This document shows positions 39,361 to 52,465 of a stretch of DNA of 64,000 bases, in pieces. A program made the position numbers and the translations under genes. Origin of the DNA: Octopus vulgaris. Lineage: Eukaryota. Below the pieces are notes generated by a model that saw nothing but the letters and a program-made list of their open reading frames with translations, did no database searches and had not been told where the DNA came from. The DNA lies in NCBI GenBank assembly GCA_951406725.2, contig OX597836.1:16492001-16556000 (forward strand). Reading direction: 5' to 3'. Within the stretch, counting starts at the first letter, position 1. Each line of letters opens with the position of its first letter.

Positions 39361-39592
39361 CCAGTGGTTCCCAACCGGAGTCCATATGGCCCTTGAAGTT
39401 CCACATAAGGTTTTGTTGTTAAAGTCAGAGTACAGCAACTCGGTTTTATTTCTACAATGCACAAAATATTTTAACAATTTTTATATACAATTCAAAATAG
39501 TATTTAATTATAAAAATATAGGTGGCGGGGCAGTAAAGTAAGATAGGAATCAAAAGGGTCCATAGGCAAAATATGGTTTATGGACCCACTGG
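39361..39592. mobile_element. hAT-like MITE
   Basis: Termini CCAGTGGttccca / tggacCCACTGG. Confidence 0.6.
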
Positions 39593-40213
39593 TCTAGGCA
39601 GAACTGTCATCATCATCATCATCGTTTAATGTCCGTTCTCCATGCTAGCATGGGTTGGACGGTTCGACCGGGGATCTGGGAAGCCAGAAGGCTGCACCAG
39701 GCTCCGGTCTTGATCTGGCAGCTTTTCTACAGCTGGATGCCCTTCCTAACGCCAACCACTCCATGAGTGTAGTGGGTGCTTTTTATGTGCCACCCGCACA
39801 GGTGCCAGGCGAGGCTGGCATCGGCCGATGAAAAGACAGGGAAAAAAAAAAGAAAATAGCAGAGAAAACCCCTATACTTACACTGACGAACCAAAAGGAG
39901 TTGAGTTTGAACATGGCTCGAGACAAAGATCTCATTTCTTTGAGTGGAGAAATAACGTGAAGATGAAGATGGTTAACACTATGAAACGGGGGCCAATGGA
40001 AACCCATCCTGAAAGAGAAGAAAATTGAGTGGAAGGGGTTACAACGACGCAGATTAGTTACCCTTGGATACAGAAATGACACGGCGATTTCTTTTTTTTT
40101 TTTTTTTTTTTGCTTGTGTGTTTAAGATGGAAATATCATAGCATCAAGTGATGATGATTGTGATGATTATGTGTGTGTGTGCGTATGTGTGTATATATAT
40201 ATATATATGTGGT

Positions 40214-40518
40214 GGAGGTGCAATGGCGCAGTGGTTAGGGCAGCGGACTCGCGGTCATAGGATCGCAGTTTCGATTCCCAGACCGGGCGTTGTGAGTGTT
40301 TATAGAGCGAAAACCCCTAAAAGCTCCACGAGGCTCCGGCAGGGGGTGGTGATCCCTGCTGTACTCTTTCACCACTCTTTCTCCCACTCTTTCTTCTGTT
40401 GGCCTGCTCGCTTAGCCAGCAGGGTGGCGTCATTCGAAGGCTAAAACAATGCAAACGCATTGTGACCAGCGATGTGTAACTACATCTGATGGACTGGTCG
40501 GTCACGTGATCACGTGAT
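40214..40518 (+). mobile_element. SINE family C (alternative tail, as 2995-3287)
   Basis: A/B boxes; tail tgtgaccagcgatgtgta...gtcacgtgat. Confidence 0.88.
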
Positions 40519-40576
40519 ATATACACACACATACACATACATACATACATACATACATACATACATACATACATAC

Positions 40577-41530
40577 ATTGGGTCATCCCAAAAATAATAT
40601 GGTCTTTTTATACTTCTGTTTTTCAAAATTAAGACAAAACAAAGTTCTTTTTTTAATCTAAAATATACTCTCTGGTAGACTTGCAAGGCTCCTCTTCCAA
40701 AATTTACATGTCCATGACGAAAAATATTCCTCCAGTACTGTTCTGACCTTGTCTATCGAATTCCTATTTTTTCCGTCCAAATGATTTTGAAGACAGCAGC
40801 ATAAATCTTAATCAGATGGGGCAATGTCCAGAGATTATGGTAGGTGGGGTATCATTTGGAATGTAATTCTCAATGTATGTGGCTGGAAGAACACCTTTTG
40901 TCTTCAAACCAAAGATGCTCATTTTTCTTCCAGCTCAGACTTAAGCCACTCAAACTGCTTGCAGTAGATCTCCTTTATCATTTGGTTTGGGTTTAAAAGT
41001 TCAAAGAGGACTAAAGCTTTCATATCCCACCAAACAGATAACAAACCCTTATGTGGGTGAAGACCTTCTTTAGTCTGGGGTGCCAGTGTTTCTCCTTTTC
41101 CTACCCACTATCTGTGGCACTTGACATTTTTATAGAGAACCCATTTTTCATCACCAGTCACTTTTCAGTCCAAAAAAAGGTTCATTTGTGAGACGTGGCA
41201 GCAAAGAAGTGCACACATTCACTCTCTGCACGTGATTAGACTTGGAAAGTTTGTGAGGAACCCATTGACCCAATTTGCTGACATTTCTGATGGCACACAG
41301 GTATTGATGAATGGTTGAATGACAAAATCCAAGCTTCTCTACTAGTCCCCCTCTGCTAGTTATGATGGGATTTTGTTCCACCAGGGTTTGCAGGACGTCC
41401 TCATTAAGCTCTACAGACCTTCCAGGAAGGAGCTCATCATCTAGGCCGTAGTTTCCGGCTCAGAATTTCTGGAACCACCATTGATGCTGGCTTACGCTTA
41501 TTGTCTGCTTCCATATACTGCATTAATTGC
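40577..41530 (-). mobile_element. Decayed mariner, same family as 29340-30350
   Basis: VSKLGQWVPHKLS (WVPHEL-like motif) and nucleotide homology to the plus-strand copy. Confidence 0.9.
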
Positions 41531-42129
41531 TCAAAATATGGATTAGAAAAACAACCGACAACTGATGAAGGGTCATTCGTTATGTTGTTTATCTTGTCTT
41601 CCATTTGTTTCTTTCATTGTTCGCAAAAACAGTTCATGTTCCATGTATTCGTATTTCATATTTTATATTCTGTAACATCCTGTGTCCACATATGCATATG
41701 TAAGTATGTACATACATGTATGTATATATGCATATATATATATATTATTTATATTATCATATGATTGAACGCCACACATCCATTTCCAAGTATATATATG
41801 TGTGTGTATGTGTATATATATATATATATATATACACATACACAATAACATATACGGAACGTGTTCACACCCACATTCACCGCAATCACCACAGACAGTC
41901 CATGTCACTGACCACCCACCTTCACCCCCACCTCATCCCAGCTTCACAGAGTGGCCCAATCTGTGTCCCCCCTCCCCTACCAAAGTAACCAATCACCACT
42001 CACCTTATATCATCCACGTTGCCTCCCTTCTCTTCCAACACCTGTTTCCCAACATTGACCATCTTCTCCACTGCAACAGAGAAGGGAAACGCATGAGATG
42101 GACAGTCTGTTGCTTAGCAACAGAGTAGT

Positions 42130-42268
42130 ATGATGATCGTGGTGGTGAAGATGATGAAGAGGAGCAGGGGAAGGATAAGGGAAGCAGTAGTCATGATAAC
42201 GATGGTAGTGGAAAGGATGATGATGATGATGGTGGTGGTGGTGGTGGTGATGATGGTGATGATGGTGG

Positions 42269-42306
<38 letters not shown>

Positions 42307-42516
42307 GTGATGATGAGGATGGTGATGATGATGATGATGATGATGATGATGGTGATGGTGATGATGGTGATGATGATGATGATGGTGATGGTGATGATGA
42401 TGATGGTGATGAGGATGGTGATGAGGATGATGAGGATGATGATGGTGATGATGATGATGGTGATGATCATGATGGTGGTGATGATGATCATGATGATGAC
42501 GATGACGATGACGATG

Positions 42517-42570
<54 letters not shown>

Positions 42571-42672
42571 GTGATGATGATGGTGATGATGATGATGATG
42601 ATGATGATGATAATGATGATGGTGATGGTGATGATGATGGTGATGATGATGATGGTGATGATGATGATGATG
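42130..42672. repeat. (GAT)n/(GGT) array
   Basis: Directly visible. Confidence 0.95.
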
Positions 42673-42846
42673 CCAGCCAACAACACTTTACAGAACAAAA
42701 TGTATTTAAAAGATCAAAGTGGAAGCAAGAAAGAAAAAAAACAAAAAAAAGACTCACACAAACTTTTACTTCACGAAATCAATTAGAATAAGAAAAATAA
42801 ATGCGATATTATTGATTATGTTGTGATTGGTTTTTGGGAAGAGATG

Positions 42847-42881
<35 letters not shown>

Positions 42882-43145
42882 ACAGTCAGTTCAATAGTTC
42901 GATACCCTGACCTCTTGTTGGGTACACTGTTGTGACAAACCTGAGTCTGTGTGGGGGCTGCTGCTGCTGCTGCTACTACTGCTACTACTACCACTAAAAA
43001 ATATACTGATGCTGCTGAGGGTGTCACTTTGAAGTTTTCCAATAAAACTCAACCACGTAACCTACCACTAAATTCTCTCAAGATTTTCTTATCTAAATTG
43101 TGTCATATATTTGTCTAACTCACTCTCTACCTATCTATCTATCTA

Positions 43146-43184
<39 letters not shown>

Positions 43185-43186
<2 letters not shown>

Positions 43187-43397
43187 TCTTTTTACTCTTT
43201 TACTTGTTTCAGTCATTTGACTGCGGCCATGCTGTAGCACCGCCTTTAGCCGAGCAACTCGACCCCGGGACTTATTCTTTTTGTAAGCCCAGTACTTATT
43301 CTATCAGTCTCTTTTGCCGAACCGCTAAGTGACGGGGACGTAAACACACCAGCATCGGTTGTCAAGCAATGCAAGGGGGACAAACACAGACACACAA

Positions 43398-43452
<55 letters not shown>

Positions 43453-43598
43453 TACGACAGGCTTCTTTCAAATCCACTCACAAGGCATTGGTCGGCCCGG
43501 GGCTATAGCAGAAGACACTTGCCCAAGATGCCACGCAGTGGGACTGAACCCGGAACCATGTGGTTGGTTAGCAAGCTACTTACCACACAGCCACTCCC
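43185..43598 (-). mobile_element. SINE family A, full length
   Basis: Reverse complement of 14188-14597. Confidence 0.92.
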
Positions 43599-43600
43599 TA

Positions 43601-43649
<49 letters not shown>

Positions 43650-44412
43650 CAATGTCTATCAATTTATCTTTCTGTGAAGCTGCATGGCTCAGTGGTTGGT
43701 GCATCAGGTTTACAATTAACAAGGTTGAGAGTTCAAGTCTGGGACAGGGCCATATGTTGCATTCTTGAGCAAGAAACTTTATTTCAGTCTCAGGTGTCAA
43801 TGTGATCACAGAGCAACATGAGCTGAAGTGTCTTGCTCAAGAACACAACACACCACCCGGTCTAGGAATAATAAGTACAACACCTAACCAGTAATGTGTG
43901 TGTGTGTGTGTGTGTGTGTGTTGGGTTTGTCTTCTACTGCTTGATAACCAGTGTTGGTTAGTTTATGTCCTTGTAACTTAGTGGTTCAGCAAAACATTGA
44001 CAGAATAAGTACCAGACTTAAATTTGTAAAAAGAAATATTGGGGGGTAAATTCATTTGACTAAACCCTTCGATATGGTGCACCAGCATGGCCAGTCAAAT
44101 GACTGAAACAAGTAAAAGATATAAAAAAAAAACAGGACACATTTAATGGTGTAGGTCAGGGGTCCTCAACCATTTTTTTTTTCTTGACCCCTTTGAAATA
44201 CTATTTTATTCTGGTGGACTCCCATAGTCATCCAATGTTTAAAAACTAGTTTTATAAAAACTTCTTTTAAAATTCCTATTTTGTTTTTCACACATTAAAA
44301 CATGAGTAAATTGAACTATGTAAAACATTAGAGAAAGAAACCCATTTGTTGGGTAATTAATGCACAATTCCACCACTATTTAATTGAGTAGAATACTCCA
44401 CAGACATGCATA

Positions 44413-44648
44413 CCTATTTCTTTATTACCCACAAGGAGCTAAACACAGAGGGAACAAACAAGGACAGACATAGGTATTAAGTCGATTACATCGACCCCAG
44501 TGCGTAACTGGTACTTAATTTATCGACCCCGAAAGGATGAAAGGCAAAGTCGACCACGGCGGAATTTGAACTCACAACGTAACGCAGACGAAATACCGCT
44601 AAGCATTTCGCCCGGCATGGTAACGTTTCTGCCAGCTCGCCACCTTAC
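44413..44648 (-). mobile_element. SINE family B inserted in a family C-related SINE
   Basis: Full head and tail; flanking direct repeat acatgcatac. Confidence 0.88.
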
Positions 44649-46964
44649 ATGCATACATGCATACCCTTAACGTAGTTCTCAGGGAGATTCAGTGTGACCC
44701 AGAGTGTGACAAGGCTGGTCCTTTGAAATACAGGTACCACTCATTTTTGCCAGCTGAGTGGACTGGAGCAACATGAAATGAAGTTCCATGCTCAAGGATG
44801 CAAGCACCACCAGGAATCGAACTCACAACCTTACAATCATGAGCCAAACAGTCTAACCATTAAGCCACATGCCTTCACAAAAACAACAAATATTGCTTTA
44901 TATGGTTGTCCAAACGACGAAAAATACCACTGAAATCTTCCTCAAATCACACCCATCCAGCTTAAAAGCAAAATTTTTCCAGGGGCCCTTCAAATTCTAT
45001 TGTGGATCCCTAATTTACTATTTTATTACATGGATCCCACAGAATCTTATATGGACCTTCAGGGGTCCATATTATCTACATCCACTGGTGTAAATAATAA
45101 ACAAGGTCCAAAAACTAGACAGAAAGGTCATGGTTGTGATGTCTCTGAGCTGGGGCTCAGCAACAACTTCCTCCTCCCATCCACAAAATCTGAAATCCCT
45201 GAGAAAATGTTACTTAAACTGGATATTTCTATGTATTAGGGTTACACTACTACCCCAACTGTAATATTTCCACCCCCACATACTATCACCAAAACCACAA
45301 CACCGTCACCACTAAACTACTATCTATGCTGTTGCCTGCCTATACTGCATATCACATCATGAATCCCCCTACAACAGCAGTAACAACAACACTATACACA
45401 CTACCACTACAACAGTGCCCACCACCACCACTGCTACAACCACAACAAAATCCATGCCACTACCTCTGTAGGACTGTCTCTGCTACTGTTACCACTCCTA
45501 CTATTACAGTAACAAATCTCTCATCAGCAACACCACTAGCACCGGTACCACTACCATCAACACCACAACCACCACTATTACTACTACTACCACCAACACC
45601 ACAACCACTTCTAGCACTGGCGCCACTATCACTAACATTACTACCACCACTATTAGCATCGGCACCACCACCAATATTCCTACTACCACCAGCATGCAAC
45701 CACCACTACTATTACCATCACCATCCCCATTATATAACACGCCCCCACATCACCATCACAACAGCCTTTCCCACCACCATCACAACAACCGTTCCCGCCT
45801 CAACCACCAACTTCTTCAATAACAACCGTTTCCGTCCGTTTGGGGTCACGTTCGAGAGACCCACTTCCCTGGAATAAGGAATGAACTCTTCAACAAGTTC
45901 TTCATCACCTCGTTCCATACTTTAAACCTTCTAAATAAATTTTTCTCCAAATCCCAATATTTTTAAGTTTGTTTACTTCGTTATTGCAGTTATTGTTGTG
46001 GTTGTTGTTGTTGCTGTTAAAGTGACAGCATTTGTTGTTGTTGTTGTTGTTGTTGTTGCTGTTGTTGTTGTTGTTGTTGTTGCTGTTGTTGTTATCTTAA
46101 ATTTTAAATTACTTCACTTCCTTTTCCAAATTCTACAAGATGAAATCTCGTTTAATATCGAATGTTCGTTTTGCTCTTATTTTAAATTTTAACTTCTTTT
46201 TCCAGCAAAGGAGAGAGAGAGAGAGAGAGAGAGAGATTGGGAGGGGAGAAGAACTATTAATTTAATTTCTCTGCTAATTTTCAACTTTCTGATGTTAAAA
46301 GCAGGAAAAAAAATAAAACAAATTTTTTTTAAAAAAAAAAGGCAGAAAACAAACATTTAAAAGGAAATCACCAGTTAACAAAAAACAAAAAAAAGTTCCA
46401 GTAGTAAGGGAGGTAACTCTAGATATCTGCTGATAAGGGTATTTCACAGAAAATTTAATTATGTTCCCTAAACTAAATTGTATTTTTAAACATTAAAAAA
46501 AAATATATAAATAAACAGAATTAATAAATAAACGATAAATTTCATTTAAATTGCTTTTAATTAGATATTACAATTTTTATTTCTTTTTTTCTTTGTTGGT
46601 TTGTCTTTTTTTTTTTCTTCAAATATATTAAGAACATGGATGAACTACAGAGGGGAGAAAAAAAAAGACAAACAAAATCGGAGTTTGTTTGGTGTATCGT
46701 AGCAAGAAGAAGAAAAATTATCTGCTGTTTCAGGCAGAGCCCTTCATTTGAACACACATCAATTGTTTTGAATTTCACTGACTTGACTTTTTGCACACAA
46801 ACACAGATCGCAATTGCAGTATTTTTGTAAATCTAAGCGAGCACATTTTACTTCAAAGTGAGAATAACAACTTCTAAGTGAGCATGTGGTACATCAAAGT
46901 GAGATTAACAATTTCAAAGTGAGCATCATCTTTGTACTGCGCCTGAGCACTATATATTTAATGA

Positions 46965-47004
<40 letters not shown>

Positions 47005-47046
47005 AATGACAAGCTGGCAGAATCATTAAAATGCCAGGTTAAATGC

Positions 47047-47400
47047 TTTACTCTTTTACTTGTTTCAGTCCTTTGACCATGGTCATGCTGGAGCACCGCC
47101 TTTAGTCAAGCAAATCGACCCCAGGACTTATTGCTGAACTGCTAAGTTACGGGGATGTAAACACACCAGCATCTATTGTCAAGCAATGTAGGGGGGACAA
47201 ACACGGACACACACATATATATATATATATATATACATATATACGATGGGCTTCTTTCAGTTTCAATCTAACAAATCCACTCACAAGGCTTTGGTCGGCC
47301 AGAGGCTACAGTAGAAGACACTTGCCCAGGGTGCCACGTAGTGGGACTGAACCCAGAACTATGTGGTTGGTAAGCAAGCTACTTACCACACAGCCACTTC
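47047..47400 (-). mobile_element. SINE family A inserted in a family B SINE; further B copies to ~48020
   Basis: The B head at 47010-47046 resumes at ~47405. Confidence 0.85.
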
Positions 47401-48296
47401 TACACCTTAGCAGCATTTTATCCATCTTCACATTCTGAGTTCAAATTCCACTGAGGTCGACTTTGCCTTTCATCCTTTTGGGGTCGATAAAATAAGTAGC
47501 AGTTGTACACTGGAGGTCGATGTAGTCAACTTACCCCACTTCCTAAAATTGCTGGCCCTGTGCCAAAATTTGAAACCTATACTATTATTATTTAAGGCAA
47601 CAAGCTGGTAGAATCATTAGCAGCATTTCTTCCAACTTTACATTCTGAGTTCAAATTCTGCCAAGGCCAGTTTTGCTCTTCATCCTTTCGGCGGGGGTCA
47701 ATAAAATAAGTACCAGTTGAGCGCTGGGGGTCAACCTAATCAACCAAAAAAGATTTCAGGCCTTGTGCCTCTAAGTGGGAAGTATTATTATGAAGAACCC
47801 ATGCTAGCATGGAAAACAGACGTTAAACGATGATGATGATGATGATGATGATGTAGTGAGCTGGTAGAATCATTAACATGCCAGACAAAAAATGCTTAGT
47901 GGCTTTCCATCTATCTTTGCATTCTGAGTTCAAATTCCACTGAGGTCAACTTTACCTTCAATCTTCTCAGGGTCAATAAAACAGGTAACAACTAAGCACT
48001 GGAGGCAATGTAATTGACTGAAGTGTGTGAATCTGAGAAGGGAATATGTTGAGTAAAATCATTATTAACTGATCCTCTTGTATTTTCTGTTATCCAAAGC
48101 CAGGAACTTTTCAACACCTTCCCCTCTCTCTCTCACTCACTCACACTCTCCATCCCCCCTCTCTCTCTCACTCACACTCTCCCTCCCCACCCCACCTCTC
48201 TCTCTCACACACACTCTCCCTCCCCACCCCACCTCTCTCTCTCTCTCTCTCTCCTGCATATGCATTGTTCAGGAACTTTTCAGTACCCTCTCATAT

Positions 48297-48331
<35 letters not shown>

Positions 48332-48856
48332 AAATTCTGTCTTGGCATCAGGAAGGGCATCCAGCTGTAGAAACTCTGCCAGATCAGATGGGAGCCTGGC
48401 GCAGCCATCTGGTTTGCCAGTCCTCAGTCAAATCGTCCAACCCATGCTAGCACGGAAAGTGGACGCTAAATGATGATGATAAATATATTATATATATATA
48501 TATATATATATGACAGGCTTCTTTCAGTTTCCATCTACCAAATCTGCTCACATAGCTTTGGTCAATCCAAAGCAATAGGCAATAGTAAAAGACACATGCC
48601 CAAGGTATCATGCAGTGGGTTTGAACTCAGAACTACATGGTTGGAGCACAGTTCTGTGTGGAGCAAACTTCTAACCACACAGCCACACTCAAACCTACAC
48701 AAAGGTAGAAATCAACATGGGGTTAGTAATCCAAGATGAAATTGCCAGTTGGTATTTAACAACTGTGGAAGCAATACTCCATTCTGAGACTCACTTGATT
48801 GAGCATACTTGCAAGAAAAAAGAAACGGCACTCCAGTAATGACCATCCCATCTCTT

Positions 48857-49571
48857 TTAACCCTTTGGCATTTAACCCTTTCGTTACTGTATTTATTTTA
48901 AGATGCTCTGTGTTTCTTTCAATTACTTTAACCCTTTTGATACCAACCCGCCTGAAACCGCCTCTGGCTCTGTAATACAAATGTCTTGTTTTCAAAAGAT
49001 CTGAATTAAAATCTTCCACCAAATCTCTTAGTCACAATTTGTTCCTAACATTAGCTTAATGATGACTACATTAGTTTAATAATTCTTTGTTATATTTAAA
49101 ATTAATTGAAAGAAACACAGAGTATCTCAACAGAAATATGGTAATGAAAGGGTTAAATATAACAAAGAATTTAGTAAAATAACTTAGTTATCATTAAGCT
49201 TATGTCAGGAACATAAATTGTGACTAAGGTTTGGTGGAAGATTTTAATTCAAAACTTATGAAAACAAGACATTTGTACTACAGAACCAGAGGCAGTTTCA
49301 GTTGGGTTGGTCTCAAAAGGGTTAAAAATATCATGGTGACTTTAACCCTTTTGTTACCTTATTTCTGTTGAGATGTTCTGTGTTTCTTCCAATTAATTTT
49401 AAATATAACAAAGAATTTAGTAAAATAACTAAGTTATCATTCAGCTAGTGTTAGAAACATAAATTGTGACTAAGGTTTGGTGGAAGATTTTAATTCAAAA
49501 CTTATGAAAACAAGACATTTGTACTACAGAGCCAGAGCCGGTTTCAGCCGGGTTGGTATTAAAAGGGTTAA
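48857..49571. mobile_element. Nested TTAA-targeting (piggyBac-like) MITEs
   Basis: TTAA-CCCTTT...AAAGGG-TTAA units: 48876-49321 containing inverted 48932-49152, then 49346-49567. Confidence 0.85.
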
Positions 49572-49738
49572 ACCAGCCACATCCGACCCAAAATATTCTA
49601 CTTGTTTTACATTCAAACTGACTGGATCCAGCCTCTTACATTAATCCTACAATGCCATGCTAAAAATAAATAATAACATCATCAAAATCTCAAACCTACA
49701 AGATAAGCCATGATTAATTCAAAACAATGTGAATAAAT

Positions 49739-50145
49739 AGGCGTAGGAGTGGCTGTGTGGTAAGTAGCTTGCTTACGAACCACATGGTTCCGGGTTCAGT
49801 CCCACTACATGGCACCTTGTCTTCTACTATAGCCTTGGGCCAACCAAAGCCTTGTGAGTGGATTTGGTAGACGGAAACTGAAAGAAGCCTGTTGTATATA
49901 TATATCATCATCATTTAGCGTCCACTTTCCATGCTAGCATGGGTTGGACGGTTCAACTGGGGTCTGGGAAGCCAGAAGGCTGCACCAGGCCCAGTCTGAT
50001 CTGGCAGTGTTTCTACGGCTGGATGCCCTTCCTAACGCCAGCCACTCCATGAGTGTAGTGGGTGCTTTTTACGTGCCACCCGCACAGGTGCCAGGCGAGG
50101 CTGGCAAACGGCCACGGACGGATGGTGCTTTTTACGTGCCACCGG

Positions 50146-50195
<50 letters not shown>

Positions 50196-50424
50196 CGTGT
50201 GTATATGTTTGTGTGTCTGTGTTTGTCCCCCCAACATCGCTTGACAACCGATGCTGGTGTGTTTACGTCCCCGTAACTTAGCGGTTCGGCAAAAGAGACC
50301 GATAGAATAAGTACTAGGCTTACAAAAGAATAAGTCCTGGGGTCGATTTGCTCGACTAAAAAGGCGGTGCTCCATCATGGCCACAGTTACGTGACTGAAA
50401 CAAGTAAAAGAGTAAAAAGAGTAA
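49739..50424 (+). mobile_element. SINE family A split by a family D insertion
   Basis: Head 49739-49895, D element 49905-50148, tail to 50424. Confidence 0.88.
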
Positions 50425-51348
50425 ATAAGCATTACACTTGACGAAATAATCTGAATACTAAAGGAGTTAAAGATACAGTTTCTTTAGAACTGCGTTTATG
50501 ACTGCAGGGCGTAATTTGAAGGAGAACTTGGCCATTATTTCTTGCAGGTCAGTGACCACGTAGCGGTTCTCTCACTGACTCAGTTTTTAATCGATGTTGA
50601 ATGGACAGGAAATTCGTCGATATCGATCGGACAAAACAACAAACGGTTTGTGAACGCTGACCGGGAGAGAGAGAGAGACGCTTGTGCAACGGACGCATGT
50701 GCAGTAGCGACGAGCGCGCGCGCGGGGGGCCTTGAGAAGATCTGCTTCACAGTTCAGCTTTTATCCGAGCATTAATCTTTCTAAACTGGTTGAGGATGGA
50801 CAACAACAATAGCATCATCAACAACAACAACAGCAGCAGCAACAGCAACAACAAGAAGAAGAAGAATAACACACATTTGTCAAAATATGGGTTAATATAT
50901 TCACTGTTGAATAACATTGGCTGCATGTAAGAAAGGGTTACATATGTCATTGTATTGGAGACATTCAGGATAGAACATTCTGGAAAATGTGCGAAAAACG
51001 GTGTCAGGTTGAGGTGACGGTGGCGGTGGTGGTGGTGGTGGTGGTGGTGCGGGCGAGGGATGATGGGGGAGGAGGCAGGCAAACACAATAGCGATAGCAT
51101 GTGTGTGTGTGCATGTGCGCAAGCATGTGCATGTTTTGTTAGTGATATCGTGTGTGTGTATGCGTGTGCATGGTAGTATATGGTGTGTGTGCACGTGTGT
51201 GTATTTTTGCGTTTGATATTATATGCTTTTACAAGTGTGTATGTGACTGTGTTTCTACACGCAACTGTAAATGTATAACACTAAACACACACAACACACA
51301 CGTGTGTGTGAGTGTGTGTGTATATATATGTATGTATGTGTATATATA

Positions 51349-51382
<34 letters not shown>

Positions 51383-51539
51383 TGTGTGTGTGTATATTTA
51401 CATACCTACATATATATATATATACATATATATACATACATATACACATATATACATACATATATATACACACACATATATATATACATATATATATATA
51501 CATACATATATATACACATATATATACATATATATATAC

Positions 51540-51585
<46 letters not shown>

Positions 51586-52465
51586 ATATATATATATACA
51601 TACACACACATATATATATATATATATATATGCATATATATATATATGCATATATATATATATATATGCACATATATACATATATATATATGCATATATA
51701 TATACATATATATATATGCATATATATATACATGTATATATGTGCATATATATACATATATATATACATATATACATATATATATATATGCATATATATA
51801 CATATATATATACACACACACTTAGGTATAAGTATATATGTATACACATGGATAACTCATTCATATTTTATTCATAAGCAAACGTATAGTAGTAGTGTAT
51901 ATATGTGTTTGTGTGTTTGTAGAGGAACAAATAATTCCCAGTCCACACTAGTATACACACAGCAGAGCCAACAACAACAACAACAACACCAACAACAACA
52001 TCAATCAATAAACAAAAATTGTAATATTCTGTTTGTATTACCAATGTTTAATTATTCATCACCACCACCACCACACCCACCACCACTACCATAACCATCA
52101 CTACCATCGCCACTACTACCACCACAACCACCACCATCACCATCATCATCAATTGTACTGCCACCACAACTACCAGCAGCACTACAACCACCACCACCAC
52201 TACCATCGCTGCTACCATCATGATCTTTGCCACCAACCACAATTAACAGAACCACCACCAACTTCTACCACTACAACACCTGACATGCCACTACCGATCC
52301 AACTACTGTCGTTATCACTTTCATCACCAACACCACCATCACTACCGCCATTACCATCACCATCACCACCCCCTATCGTTACCACCAACACCCATTCCCT
52401 TCCATTCTATGATCGCTTGTTTGACCTGCTGGTAACACTGGAATTTCATTCAAGCCACACTTTCG

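Noticed and set aside
45730-45918. ORF MERGDEELVEEFIPYSRE...
   Set aside because: Unique-looking but no recognisable homology or convincing splice context; unsupported.
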